This document shows, piece after piece, positions 32,188-42,526 of a DNA stretch of 64,000 bases. The notes under the pieces were generated by a model. The model was not told the DNA's origin. It did not search any database and worked only from the letters and a program-made list of their open reading frames with translations. A program made the position numbers and the translations under genes. The stretch spans positions 340,731 through 404,730 of the forward strand of contig JAAXWR010000001.1 of assembly GCA_013334825.1 (NCBI GenBank), read 5' to 3'. This DNA comes from Candidatus Yonathbacteria bacterium (lineage in GTDB: Bacteria > Patescibacteriota > Minisyncoccia > Phycocordibacterales > JACNGX01). Every line of letters begins with the position of its first letter. Within the stretch, counting starts at the first letter, position 1.

Positions 32188-32502
32188 ATGAATAGGGTTT
32201 CTCTTGAAAAGCCGAATGGAGTCGAATGCCCTGAGCCTGTCGAAGGGCTTTACTATGTTTACTTACTTCTTTGCTGTGACGAAAGCTTATACTGTGGGTC
32301 AACAAAAAATCTCAAGAACCGCACAAAAGAACATAATTCTGGCGAAGGAGCGGCGTGGACTAAAAGACGCCGCCCGGTAAAATTAATATATTACGAAACG
32401 TATGATTCACTTATTTCAGCTCGTCGTCGTGAAAGACAAATAAAAGGATGGACAATTCAAAAAAAATTTAATCTAATAAACGGTATTTGGCAGAAATTAT
32501 AA
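32188..32502 (+). CDS. GIY-YIG nuclease family protein (YhbQ/UPF0213-like), second copy
   Basis: GLYYVYLLLCCDESLYCGSTKNLKNRTKEHNSGEGAAWTKRRRPVKLIYYETYDSLISARRRERQIKGW. The start may be 32164 or 32188. It lies 45-70 nt downstream of tRNA-Pro(GGG). Confidence 0.75.
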   Translation: MNRVSLEKPNGVECPEPVEGLYYVYLLLCCDESLYCGSTKNLKNRTKEHNSGEGAAWTKRRRPVKLIYYETYDSLISARRRERQIKGWTIQKKFNLINGIWQKL

Positions 32503-32514
32503 TCCCCCACCCCT

Positions 32515-33177
32515 ATGAACAAACACCTTCTCATCTCATATATGCTTATCGGCGTTGGAGTAATCACCAGTGCTGTACTATTTCCCTATCTTCCCGACAC
32601 CATGGTGTCTCATTGGGGTATCTCTGGCGAACCGAATGGCTACATGCCAAAAGCATTTGCGCTTTCTTTTGCACCACTCCTTATGCTCATCATAGTCGGG
32701 CTCTTTTCCCTATTCTCTCATATTGATCCACTCAAGAAAAATATTGATACATTCCGCAAAGAATTCGACACGTTCGCCACACTTCTTATACTTTTTTTCT
32801 TGTATATTCATATTCTCACACTTGTCTGGAACATGGGAATACCTTTCAATCTTGGACAATGGATGTTTCCTGCTTTGGGGGGACTCTTTTGGAGTATTGG
32901 GTCTCTCCTTGGAAAAACAAAACGAAATTATTTTGTCGGTATTCGTACGCCATGGACACTTGCGAGTGATATTGTCTGGGAAAAAACACATGTCTTGGGC
33001 GGAACATTGTTCAAAATCTCAGGTATTGTGACGGCGTTTGCCACTCTCGCGCCTGCATATGGGTTTTTCATTCTCCTCGGGACGATTATCAGTTCAGCAG
33101 TTATCTCAATTGTTTATTCATACATGATTTTTAAACAAGAAAATAAAACAGATATCAAACGTCACGATACGCAGTAA
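32515..33177 (+). CDS. DUF1648/SdpI-family membrane protein
   Basis: N-terminal ...VSHWGISGEPNGYMPK and C-terminal VGIRTPWTL motif typical of SdpI/YhfL. Multiple transmembrane helices. Confidence 0.7.
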   Translation: MNKHLLISYMLIGVGVITSAVLFPYLPDTMVSHWGISGEPNGYMPKAFALSFAPLLMLIIVGLFSLFSHIDPLKKNIDTFRKEFDTFATLLILFFLYIHILTLVWNMGIPFNLGQWMFPALGGLFWSIGSLLGKTKRNYFVGIRTPWTLASDIVWEKTHVLGGTLFKISGIVTAFATLAPAYGFFILLGTIISSAVISIVYSYMIFKQENKTDIKRHDTQ

Positions 33178-33223
33178 TACTATATTTCTTCCCCAACATC
33201 AATTAATTTCAAGTCATGCCGAC

Positions 33224-33252
33224 AAAAAAGACCGCGACAATGCGGTCTTTTT
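33224..33252. terminator. Bidirectional hairpin terminator
   Basis: A6 + agaccgc-gacaat-gcggtct + T5. Confidence 0.8.
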
Positions 33253-33253
33253 A

Positions 33254-33571
33254 CTACATCACTATATGCTCATTGGGCACGCCATTCTTTAAACTTTCTT
33301 TCGCTTCACGAAGAAGACGTAGGGCTTCTTTAGACATCCAACTACCATCTCCGGAAGCCTGCAGACAGCGTATCCGCGAAAGAAGTTGCCTCTCACTCAT
33401 AAGGAAACCTCCTCGCATGACAAACTCTTCTCTTGGGAAAGATCCTTGCTGAAGAGGAGCTAACCAAATACAAAGATCATTACCCGCAAACGAAAAAAGC
33501 GGGAAATAGAGAGCGTCTAACGCGATGTTAATTTCTTCTCCTCCCATACTAACTGCTCCAATATGTTCCAT
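33254..33571 (-). CDS. Hypothetical protein
   Basis: ORF track. The listed start is TTG. The first ATG gives a 105-aa protein. Confidence 0.35.
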   Translation of the reverse strand: MEHIGAVSMGGEEINIALDALYFPLFSFAGNDLCIWLAPLQQGSFPREEFVMRGGFLMSERQLLSRIRCLQASGDGSWMSKEALRLLREAKESLKNGVPNEHIVM

Positions 33572-33654
33572 ATGCACCTCGAGTTTAGTTAAGAAAAACA
33601 ACAAATTTTATTTAATCACAAAATATTCTGAAGCGCAACTCTCGCGGTCATCGG

Positions 33655-33682
33655 TTGCCCGAAACAAAAAACGCGGTATAAT
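33655..33682 (+). promoter_or_regulatory. Promoter of tRNA-Ala(CGC)
   Basis: TTGCCC, a 16-nt spacer, then TATAAT, about 11 nt before the tRNA 5' end. Confidence 0.6.
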
Positions 33683-33693
33683 GCTTGCACTCG

Positions 33694-33768
33694 GGCCTGT
33701 AGCTCATTTGGTAGAGCGCACGATTCGCATTCGTGAGGTGAGGGGTTCGAATCCCCTCAGGTCCACCA
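33694..33768 (+). tRNA. tRNA-Ala(CGC)
   Basis: GGGCCTGTAGCTCATTTGGTAGAGCGCACGATTCGCATTCGTGAGGTGAGGGGTTCGAATCCCCTCAGGTCCACCA. G3:U70, anticodon CGC. Confidence 0.92.
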
Positions 33769-33894
33769 CTTCGCCTTGCACTTTTTCGAAAAGCGCTTGG
33801 CTTCGCGGTACAGGTACACATATCATTGATTGTATATGAACATGGCGAAGTACTGTCCCGCAGAATTTGAGCAACGTGGGACTCGATAAAAAGT

Positions 33895-34035
33895 TTTTAT
33901 AGTTTACCGTTTATAGTTTTCGTCTCCATATTTCATATTTCTATTTTCGTATTTCATCGTCTATAGTTTTCGTCTTCATATTCCTTATTTCTATTTTCTT
34001 ATTTCATCGTTTATCATTTTTCTTTTTGTTGTTTA
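33895..34035. repeat. Mosaic repeat module (ATAGTTTTCGTCTTCATATT / TTATTTCATCGTCTATAG units)
   Basis: Inverted-orientation copy of the AAACGATAAACTATAAAAAGAAAA...ATGAAATAAGAA module seen at other loci. Confidence 0.75.
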
Positions 34036-34039
34036 TTAT

Positions 34040-34843
34040 TCATGTTCTTTTTTCAATCAATACCTTAATTTCAGACATCGCATCCTCCGTCGCTTTCTCC
34101 CCTATCGCAATCTTTTCTGCTCCATCAACAAAATTGAAAAAATCAAATACATCACTTGTATGCGTATCGATATCAATAACAATATCAGCATCTTCAACAT
34201 TTTGAAGCGCGAGGTGATACCGTAAAATATTCAACGAGTCATATGCGACGGTATACCATGCCGGCTTTTTCTTTTCATTGTAATAATGTTTGTCCAAATT
34301 CACCGCAATGACAATATCAGCGCCCATTTGACGGACGGTCTCGACAGGAACAGGTGCGGACAATCCACCATCAGCATAGACATGTCCATCAATTTCTTCT
34401 GACTTAAATGCAACAGGCACAGAAATACTCGCTCGTATAGCAGTCGCCATATCACCAGAATTGAATGCATGAAATACCCCTGTCTGCATATCAGTCGCAA
34501 TAGCAGAAAATGGGATAGGACAGTCTTCAAATGTATTTGCTTTCAACTCATGACGGATAAACTCTTTGACTTTATTACCTCCGATAAGTCCTCGTTTTAA
34601 TTTTGGATCCACCATGGCAAACATCATACGCCAGTCTGCATCCCATGAAATCTTTTCAATATCCTCTATAGAACGTCCCGACGCATACAGCCCCCCAATC
34701 ATGGCACCGATGCTTGAACCGGCAATCATATCAATCGGAATATTATGCGCGTGAAGTGCTTTGATAACACCAATATGCGCAAGGCCTTTTGACCCTCCGC
34801 TTCCTAATGCGAGTCCTACTTTCTGCCGTGTACGTGTATGCAT
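34040..34843 (-). CDS. Patatin-like phospholipase
   Basis: GLALGSGGSKGLAHIGV (GxGxxG), GSSIG (GxSxG) and DGG motifs. Confidence 0.88.
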   Translation of the reverse strand: MHTRTRQKVGLALGSGGSKGLAHIGVIKALHAHNIPIDMIAGSSIGAMIGGLYASGRSIEDIEKISWDADWRMMFAMVDPKLKRGLIGGNKVKEFIRHELKANTFEDCPIPFSAIATDMQTGVFHAFNSGDMATAIRASISVPVAFKSEEIDGHVYADGGLSAPVPVETVRQMGADIVIAVNLDKHYYNEKKKPAWYTVAYDSLNILRYHLALQNVEDADIVIDIDTHTSDVFDFFNFVDGAEKIAIGEKATEDAMSEIKVLIEKRT

Positions 34844-34859
34844 ATACGTATCATGTATA

Positions 34860-35864
34860 TCACGCGTATGTATGCATGTCGAGCGCGCGATTGACCATAT
34901 GAATCATGAGTTTCTTCCCATCTGCGCCGACATGCTCAAGTGCGCGATGAATTGGCGACGATGCTGAAATGTCGGGGACGCTATACACACCAAGAACATA
35001 TGCACCAGACGGTCCCACAACCATGTCAAAACGCGCAAAGCCGTTGATATCAAGTGCGTCGTATGCCATGCGCGCTGTTTCTTGAGCATATCTACTTTCA
35101 GCAAGAGACAATGATGCCTGTGTCTGCTCATCAACGTCAAACGTATATACAGGAGGAACAACATACGATGCTTCACCACGAAATCCATCAATTACATATA
35201 CCGTAACACGTTTTCCTCGAACATATTCTTCGGCAACGATACCTTCAAACTGTGGATTTGCTCCATAGGTATGGAGGACGCGAAAGATGCCATCAAAATC
35301 TTTAATCGGCTGATTGGGTGCTTCGTCAGGAAATTCATCAAGAGTAGGACGCATCACCACAGGAAGTGGCATACTGCGAAAAATATCTTCTGCCATACCG
35401 CTCCATCCGTCGGGACCATCCGCATGATACACCTTCATACGAGGAGTTTTCACACCACCTATTCGGAGTGTCTCATACAAATGTGGCACGCGAGCAAGAA
35501 GTGCTCCTTCAGCATGTCCTGTCCCAATAGAGGGAACCATATCAAATATACCTGAATGAAATACATCATCTCGATATGCACGTGCGACAGGAATCGCGGA
35601 AATGACCAAGTCGGCACGATTAACAATATCTCCTTGTTTTTTGGGAACACCCGCGATATGCCAAACACCATCGGTGTCCACAAAAATATCAAGAATCGTT
35701 GCGACGTCTTCAAGAGCGCGTGCGATAGCAGAACCAGCGGACAAAGAACGAGAGGAATACTCCCCCGCTCCACCGCGTATCACCGCGATAATAAGATTGT
35801 CATGCAAAAAACCGTCCATGACGTTATCTATAGTATACCGCGAAGAGCGCTCTGCTGTATACAA
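34860..35864 (-). CDS. D-alanine--D-alanine ligase family ATP-grasp protein
   Basis: N-terminal IIAVIRGGAGEYSSRSLSAGSAIARAL resembles the Ddl N-domain. The C-terminal region is ATP-grasp-like. Confidence 0.55.
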   Translation of the reverse strand: MYTAERSSRYTIDNVMDGFLHDNLIIAVIRGGAGEYSSRSLSAGSAIARALEDVATILDIFVDTDGVWHIAGVPKKQGDIVNRADLVISAIPVARAYRDDVFHSGIFDMVPSIGTGHAEGALLARVPHLYETLRIGGVKTPRMKVYHADGPDGWSGMAEDIFRSMPLPVVMRPTLDEFPDEAPNQPIKDFDGIFRVLHTYGANPQFEGIVAEEYVRGKRVTVYVIDGFRGEASYVVPPVYTFDVDEQTQASLSLAESRYAQETARMAYDALDINGFARFDMVVGPSGAYVLGVYSVPDISASSPIHRALEHVGADGKKLMIHMVNRALDMHTYA

Positions 35865-35891
35865 AAACCCCCGTGGATACGGGGGTAGCGT

Positions 35892-36344
35892 TCAAGACAA
35901 GGGAACGACTTTTTCGGTCTTTGTGTTGTATGCCGCATGCGACACAAAACCTTGGGAAGAAGATTCCGGAAATCGCGAAGATATTTTTTCCCAAACGGGA
36001 AGAATATCGAGCGATTCAAACTGTGGTGACGGATGTGTCACGAAGTGTGAATCTTTCTCCGGCCAGTCCGCCAGCACTTTCTCTAGCATCGGAAAAAGAT
36101 TCGCATCCGCTCGAACTTCAGAAACGCCCAAGGATATCTTTAGGGCGTTTCCTGATGCAATAAGACAGAGAATATCTTTCGAAAAAGCGACAAAGGCATT
36201 GTCGCCCTTGTCACAACAGGCGGCGGGAAACTCAAAAATTGCCCGCACATCGTTAGGAGAAAGTACGACATAACCGCAAAATGTCGCCTTTTGAGCGACA
36301 ACGGAATTTACTTCCGAACCGACAACTTCACTACCAACTTCCAT
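35892..36344 (-). CDS. Hypothetical protein
   Basis: ORF track, 150 aa. Confidence 0.4.
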   Translation of the reverse strand: MEVGSEVVGSEVNSVVAQKATFCGYVVLSPNDVRAIFEFPAACCDKGDNAFVAFSKDILCLIASGNALKISLGVSEVRADANLFPMLEKVLADWPEKDSHFVTHPSPQFESLDILPVWEKISSRFPESSSQGFVSHAAYNTKTEKVVPLS

Positions 36345-36404
36345 GGGGATAAGATTAAAAAATTTTTAAAACAAAACACTATGTTTAAAAAGAACAAAGA
36401 AGTA

Positions 36405-36780
36405 TCATTATAGACATAGTTGAGTGATAGTGTCAATGTTATAGGAGGAAAGAGGTAAAAGGAAATAGGTTATAGGGACGGACGAATATAGGAAAGAGGT
36501 TATAGGTGATAGGGACAGATATTCGAATCAAGAATCACGAATCAAGCGTGCCCTGCACCCTACGTGGTGCAGGGAATTAAGGGTTACGAAGTACGAACTT
36601 GTACGGTTGTCCTGCATCCTACATGGCGTGCTGTGCATCCTACGTGGTGCACAGTGCAGGGAATCACGAAGCAAGAAGAAAAACGATAAACGATGAAATA
36701 AGAAAATAGAAATATGGAGAAGAAAACTATACACGATAAACTTTTAACTACCTTGGGTTCTCAGATAAACACACCTATAT
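36405..36780. repeat. Mosaic intergenic repeat cluster downstream of uvrC
   Basis: GGTTATAGGGACGGAC, TCGAATCAAGAATCACGAATCAAG, hairpin CCCTGCACCCTACGTGGTGCAGGG (36551-36574) plus a second nested hairpin (36609-36665), GGGTTACGAAGTACGAAC, and AAACGATAAACGATGAAATAAGAAAATAGAAATA...ACGATAAACTTTTAACTA. Confidence 0.9.
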
Positions 36781-36783
36781 ATA

Positions 36784-38010
36784 CTAGCGAAGCGCACCCT
36801 TGCGCTGTTTGCGTCTAAACGCGCCAATAGCAAAACGATGGGCTTCGGCATTCACTGCAATAATATCTTTCTCATATGTTCGCACAATCTTTTCGTCTCC
36901 CAATAGTTCTCGCGCTTTGTGTCGGTCATCTTTCACCACTGATACCACGGGTATCATGACCCCCGCTTGAGCAAGCACATGCTCCGCGCGACGCAGTTGA
37001 TTGTTCCCTCCATCAATCACAATCAGCTCTGGATATGTCCATTCTGCATGTGCAAGCCGACGCGAAAGCGTTTCTTCAAGACCCGCAAGGTCATCTCCCC
37101 CTTTAGTATTACGAAGCGTGAACATCCGATATGCTTCTTTTTTTTCTTCTCCCCCACTACGGACGACCATTACCCCCGTCGCATGAGACCCTCCTAAATG
37201 CGCAACATCGTATCCTTCGATGCGAAACGCATCATGCTCAGTACCATCGTCTCGTTTCATGAGTGCGATATCTTGAATATGTTTGAGATTGTGCAAGGTA
37301 CGCTTGATACGCGACGCCTCTTCAAACAATTCTTTACGCGCATACGTTGCCATTTCTTTTTCTAAATGTGTGATCAATGTGTTTTTCTTTCCCCCGAGAA
37401 AAAGCTCAAGCCGTTTAATATGCGCGCGATACGCTCGTGCAGATAATTCACCTGAACATACTCCAGGGCATAAACCAATTTGTCTATTGAAACAAGGTTT
37501 ACTCGATGTATCTGTCGATGGATTGCACGTGTCACGAAATGGAAATATCTTGCGTATGATTTTAAGTGCGTCTCGAAGTACTCCTCCACGGGGAAAGGGA
37601 CCAAACATGGAACGCACATCATCAGAACCCCCAGGGGCAACAAGATCGCGTTCACGTCGCAAAAGCACGCGCGGATACTTCTCGTCAGTAATAACAATAT
37701 AATAAAAACTTTTGTCACTCTTTTCTTTTGTATTGTATATCGGTTGATACTTTTTAATAAGCACTGCTTCACGGATGAGCGCCTCGAGTACGGAATCCGT
37801 TTCTTCATAGGTAATAGACCTTGCTTCTTCGACCATCTTTACAATGAGTGGTCCACGTGAAGTAATCACATCCCCATTGAAATAACTTCGCACCCGATCA
37901 CGAAGCGACGTCGCTTTTCCCACATAGATAATCTTCCCTTTCTTATCACGAAAGAGATAGACACCGGGGGTTGCCGGTAATGTGATTTTGTGTACGTCGT
38001 CTTTTGTCAT
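36784..38010 (-). CDS. uvrC: Excinuclease ABC subunit C, compact form lacking the C-terminal (HhH)2 domain
   Basis: N-terminal GIY-YIG (GVYLFRDKKGKIIYVGKATSLRDR), a UVR domain, and the RNase H-like endonuclease region (IEGYDVAH...IDGG...EAHRFAI). It is 408 aa versus about 600 aa typical. Confidence 0.88.
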   Translation of the reverse strand: MTKDDVHKITLPATPGVYLFRDKKGKIIYVGKATSLRDRVRSYFNGDVITSRGPLIVKMVEEARSITYEETDSVLEALIREAVLIKKYQPIYNTKEKSDKSFYYIVITDEKYPRVLLRRERDLVAPGGSDDVRSMFGPFPRGGVLRDALKIIRKIFPFRDTCNPSTDTSSKPCFNRQIGLCPGVCSGELSARAYRAHIKRLELFLGGKKNTLITHLEKEMATYARKELFEEASRIKRTLHNLKHIQDIALMKRDDGTEHDAFRIEGYDVAHLGGSHATGVMVVRSGGEEKKEAYRMFTLRNTKGGDDLAGLEETLSRRLAHAEWTYPELIVIDGGNNQLRRAEHVLAQAGVMIPVVSVVKDDRHKARELLGDEKIVRTYEKDIIAVNAEAHRFAIGAFRRKQRKGALR

Positions 38011-38211
38011 GCTGACATGATTATTTCCAAAAATTTTTGTCTAGAAATCCTAAACAAATCCAAATATATTCAGAAGATTCAAATTTGAACATATATATGT
38101 ATTCACTATGGAATACAGGATGACACAACCGCGCATAATTTACAATACCATTATCATATGGTAAGGTACTGACAGTTTTGACAGTTCTCCAACAGATAAA
38201 CACTTTGCCAC

Positions 38212-38694
38212 ATGAACGACATCATGGAATCCATTCTCGGCGTCATCCTCGCACCCATCAATGCTGCGTGTATCATGATATCTACCGCAGCAAAACTTCC
38301 CGTCACACTCTTCATTGCACGAGATTATAATCATGAGGAGACGGTTCAGCGAAGAGGTCACGAACACACCAAAAGTTATCCTTATGATACTGTTTGGGAT
38401 TATGTCTTCTATATGATAGACCAAGCAAATGCAACAGGCAGGCGCATACGATATGTCTTTTTAGATATCACTATATATGCCAGTCCTTCAACTGACAAAA
38501 AAGAGGTCCATCGCATAGTACAGAAATTCTATGCTGACTCAAAAAGACGGGATGAAAAAATTCGGATACAAAACAGTATTGTCAATTTTTTCTTCCCTCG
38601 CCCGAAACGGCGCTCCAATGATATTTTTATTACGGTAAGAGAATTTGAACGTCTTATGTGGCCCACGCCTATTTCTGGTTGGGGGTATCCATAA
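38212..38694 (+). CDS. Hypothetical protein
   Basis: ORF track. Confidence 0.4.
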   Translation: MNDIMESILGVILAPINAACIMISTAAKLPVTLFIARDYNHEETVQRRGHEHTKSYPYDTVWDYVFYMIDQANATGRRIRYVFLDITIYASPSTDKKEVHRIVQKFYADSKRRDEKIRIQNSIVNFFFPRPKRRSNDIFITVREFERLMWPTPISGWGYP

Positions 38695-38809
38695 TGCACA
38701 CGAGCCACACACGTGGCTCTTTTGTTTGTATAAATTTACAATATGCATAAGATATGCTACCGTGACAAAAGTTTCAAGCACTTTTTCCAATTCATAAACT
38801 CATAAAAAT

Positions 38810-39283
38810 ATGAACCCGTTTAGTGAACTTTTCTTTCTGGGTATCACCACGCCGATTCGCCTTGTGTGCGATGTCGTGTCTGGTATCACAGAAGGTATTT
38901 CCTGGCATCTTGCCACAGAAATCGCACATATTCCGCATTGTGAGATTCCGAGCGACGTTATACCGACCATCTCATGTGCGTATCGCATTGGTCGTCCTGT
39001 GAAAGTTATCGCGGAAAGTGTCACTGGTCCAGTGCACCTTGTTGTCCGTCCAAACGACTGGATAGAAACCGTCTTTCGACGGTTTAAAAAGAAAGAAGTT
39101 CTTCGTATTGCTACATGGAAAAATCTGTTCCGTGGTCAAGAGACCTCGATAAAAAATCATCTTATTTGCGTGAGTCAAACTCACTTAAAGCTTTTTAGGG
39201 AAACAATTACACGACCACGTGGTATATATGACACACCTCGTGTTACCGATGAAGAACGTGTTCTTTTTCTTGAGAACACATAA
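38810..39283 (+). CDS. Hypothetical protein
   Basis: ORF track. A terminator follows at 39292-39316. Confidence 0.4.
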   Translation: MNPFSELFFLGITTPIRLVCDVVSGITEGISWHLATEIAHIPHCEIPSDVIPTISCAYRIGRPVKVIAESVTGPVHLVVRPNDWIETVFRRFKKKEVLRIATWKNLFRGQETSIKNHLICVSQTHLKLFRETITRPRGIYDTPRVTDEERVLFLENT

Positions 39284-39291
39284 GCACTTTA

Positions 39292-39316
39292 AGCGCCGTC
39301 CATCGGCGTTTTTTGT
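39292..39316 (+). terminator. Rho-independent terminator
   Basis: gcgccg-tccat-cggcgt followed by T6. Confidence 0.65.
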
Positions 39317-39329
39317 TTGGCAATATTTT

Positions 39330-39450
39330 ATTGGCTACGAAGTACGAACGAGTACGAACATACGAACATAAACTCACCAATATAATTATTTGTGTCCAGT
39401 TGTCTTCGTATGTTCGTATAAGTTCGTACTTCGTAGCCCCATATTGTTAA
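39330..39450. repeat. Approximately 120-bp inverted-repeat module of the TACGAA repeat family
   Basis: ggctacgaagtacgaacgagtacgaacatacgaac ... gttcgtatgttcgtataagttcgtacttcgtagcc. Confidence 0.8.
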
Positions 39451-39468
39451 TTTCTAAATTCTAATTTC

Positions 39469-42099
39469 TCACTTATTTTCCTTTTTTATTTTTTTCTTCA
39501 ACTCCTTCCTCAAATACCGTCCCGTATGCGATGCATCACTATCTGCTACCTCCTCCGGCGTACCTTTGGCAACCACATTACCTCCGCCGTCTCCACCTTC
39601 TGGACCCATGTCAATGAGATAATCAGCATTCTTGATGATGTCCATATTGTGCTCAATGGTAATTACTGTATTTCCACGTTTTACCAATTCATCGAGAATA
39701 CCAATCAACTTGCGCACGTCTTCATAATGAAGTCCCACTGTCGGCTCATCCAACAAATACACCGTTTTCTCCAAATGCGGACGATACAGTTCTGAAGATA
39801 TTTTTACACGCTGCGCTTCTCCTCCCGACAACGTCGTTGCTGATTGTCCCAACTCCAAATACCCAAGACCGACCTCAACAAGTGTTTTCAAACGGTCATG
39901 AATGGCAGGAATGTCTTTGAAAAATGTATCGGCTTCTTCAATCGTCATGGAAAGTACGTCATGAATACTCTTCTTTTTATATTTCACCTCCAATGTTTCT
40001 TTGTCAAAACGCTTACTCCCACACACATCACACGTCACATAGACCGTTGGTAAAAAATGCATCTCTACCGCGATAAGACCGTTCCCTTCACATGTCTCAC
40101 ATCGTCCACCACCCCGCGCCGCAGGCACATTAAATGAAAAACGTCCTGACTTCCACCCACGCACACGTGCTTCAGCAGTCGCGGCAAACAAATCCCGAAT
40201 ATGGGTAAATGCTCCCGTATATGTTGCAGGGTTAGAACGTGGTGTACGACCAATCGGCGATTGGTCAATGAGAATCGTGCGTCCTACATATTCTGTCCCC
40301 GAAAATGACGCGCAATTATACACATCATTACTACGGTATTTTTTTTCCAGACGCGCGCGCAAATTCTGATACAATATTTCGTGCATCAATGATGACTTTC
40401 CAGAACCAGATACTCCCGTAATCGCCACAAATTTCCCAAGCGGAACATCAATATTGAGATTCTTGATATTAAATACATTTCCGCCACGTATCTTGAGTGA
40501 CCCTTTATCTTGCATACGTCGTTTTTCAGGGACAGAAATAAGTTTTTCTCCGCGCAAATACCCGAGCGTCTCAGAACCCGATTCATTTGTTTTGGCAGAT
40601 AAAAGTTTTTTCAATTCACCCGACACAACAACAGTACCACCGTGCGTCCCAGCACCCGGACCAATATCTACTAAATAATCTGAAGAAAAAATTGTATCTT
40701 CATCATGTTCCACGACAATAATCGTATTACCCAAGTCACGGAGATGCGTCAGCGTTTTAATAAGACGTTCATTATCACGTTGATGAAGTCCAATCGTTGG
40801 CTCATCGAGTACATAGAGTGCGCCGACAAGACGACTCCCCAGCTGTGATGCCAAACGAATACGCTGTGATTCACCACCTGAAAGCGTATTCGCGCGACGG
40901 TCAAGTGTCAGATAATCGAGCCCGACATCCAAAAGAAATTGCAAACGATTTTCTATCTCCTTGAGGACTACTTTGGCAACTTCTTGTTCTCGTTTGGATA
41001 ATTTGAGTTCAATGAAAAAGTCTGCCACGTCCCGTATAGACATGGCAACAAGCTCGACAATGTTTGGACCACGTTTCTCTCCTTTGCTTGTTGTCGTATC
41101 ACCCAAGGTAACGTGGAGTGCCTCTTGTCGCAGACGCGCACCTTTACAATCGGGACATGGTTCTGTGCCGAACATATATTTTGTTCCCAAACCATTACAT
41201 GTCGGGCATGCGCCATAGGGTGAATTGAACGAAAAGAGACGAGGTTCAATCTCTGGGTATGAAAATCCATCATGCGGACATGCAAATGTCGCGGATAATA
41301 ATGTTACCTCTTCACCAATACGAATACGTACCGAGCCGTCCGATTCATTGAGCGCTCGTTCTACTGATTCTGCCAAACGTTCGCGCGCCATCTTTGGATC
41401 TGCTTCAAAATCAAGAAGATCAATGGCATCTACAATGACATCGATATCATGTTTGGCAGTTTTTTTGAGAACAATTTGTTCACGAAGACTTTTCTTTTCT
41501 CCATTGACACGAACAGCAGCATATCCTTTGTTGAGCAGGTCATACAAAAGTTGGTAATATTCTCCTTTGCGTCCACGCACGACAGGAGACGCAATCTCTA
41601 CATCATGCGACACATATGGCACACCAAGAACGCTTTTTGCGTTTTTCTTTGCTTCTGTTCCTGCTTCCTTTACACGCTTCATAACAAAGGCGACAATTTC
41701 TTCATTTGAAAGACGTTCAATCACTCGTCCACACACCAAACAATGTGGCTTTCCTACACGTGCGTATAACACACGAAGATAGTCATAAATCTCGGTGATA
41801 GTCGCGACAGTCGAGCGAGGATTATTGGAACGGCTTTTTTGATCAATGGAAATCGCGGGAGAAAGTCCGACAATTTCATCCACATCCGGCTTTTGCATTT
41901 GACGCAAAAACTGTCGAGCATACGCAGAAAGTGACTCCACATAGCGACGTTGTCCTTCAGCAAAAATAGTATCGAATGCGAGCGATGATTTGCCCGAACC
42001 AGAAAGTCCCGTAAAGACGACCATCTTGTTGCGTGGCATCTCTACGGTAATATTTTTGAGATTGTGGGTGCGAGCACCTTTTACAATAATTGAGTCCAT
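39469..42099 (-). CDS. uvrA: Excinuclease ABC subunit A
   Basis: Two ABC ATPase modules ([25 protein letters not shown] signatures) and zinc-finger cysteines. 876 aa. Confidence 0.97.
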   Translation of the reverse strand: MDSIIVKGARTHNLKNITVEMPRNKMVVFTGLSGSGKSSLAFDTIFAEGQRRYVESLSAYARQFLRQMQKPDVDEIVGLSPAISIDQKSRSNNPRSTVATITEIYDYLRVLYARVGKPHCLVCGRVIERLSNEEIVAFVMKRVKEAGTEAKKNAKSVLGVPYVSHDVEIASPVVRGRKGEYYQLLYDLLNKGYAAVRVNGEKKSLREQIVLKKTAKHDIDVIVDAIDLLDFEADPKMARERLAESVERALNESDGSVRIRIGEEVTLLSATFACPHDGFSYPEIEPRLFSFNSPYGACPTCNGLGTKYMFGTEPCPDCKGARLRQEALHVTLGDTTTSKGEKRGPNIVELVAMSIRDVADFFIELKLSKREQEVAKVVLKEIENRLQFLLDVGLDYLTLDRRANTLSGGESQRIRLASQLGSRLVGALYVLDEPTIGLHQRDNERLIKTLTHLRDLGNTIIVVEHDEDTIFSSDYLVDIGPGAGTHGGTVVVSGELKKLLSAKTNESGSETLGYLRGEKLISVPEKRRMQDKGSLKIRGGNVFNIKNLNIDVPLGKFVAITGVSGSGKSSLMHEILYQNLRARLEKKYRSNDVYNCASFSGTEYVGRTILIDQSPIGRTPRSNPATYTGAFTHIRDLFAATAEARVRGWKSGRFSFNVPAARGGGRCETCEGNGLIAVEMHFLPTVYVTCDVCGSKRFDKETLEVKYKKKSIHDVLSMTIEEADTFFKDIPAIHDRLKTLVEVGLGYLELGQSATTLSGGEAQRVKISSELYRPHLEKTVYLLDEPTVGLHYEDVRKLIGILDELVKRGNTVITIEHNMDIIKNADYLIDMGPEGGDGGGNVVAKGTPEEVADSDASHTGRYLRKELKKKIKKENK

Positions 42100-42260
42100 A
42101 AGTGAGGAATTAGGTTATAGGTGTGAGGAATATAGGGTTACGAAGTACGAACTTATATGCTTGCCCTGCACCCCACGTGGTGCAGGGAACATACGAAACG
42201 TGACGGGAATTATGAATATAAAGAAAAATATACATGATAGACTTTTAACTATCAAAAGAC
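42100..42260. repeat. Mosaic intergenic repeat upstream of uvrA
   Basis: GGTTATAGG, GGGTTACGAAGTACGAAC, hairpin CCCTGCACCCCACGTGGTGCAGGG (42164-42187), ATAGACTTTTAACTA. Confidence 0.88.
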
Positions 42261-42526
42261 CTGCGGGGTAAAAATTTGAAACAAAAATCAAGAGCCGGAA
42301 GAAAGGATTAAAATAAACTGCAACATAGTCCACGTATTCTTGATTCGTGATTTGTTATTCTTGCTTCCTGTTTGCACGCCGACTGCCCGCGCGAACGTCG
42401 CACGGGTTTGTGTATCTCCAGTATAGCGGAAAGGAGAGAAAAAAGAAGTGTTGACTTTATTTATAAAACATGATATACAAAAACCTGTTCATTTTGTTCT
42501 TCTTCAAAATCAAAACGTAAAAAGCC

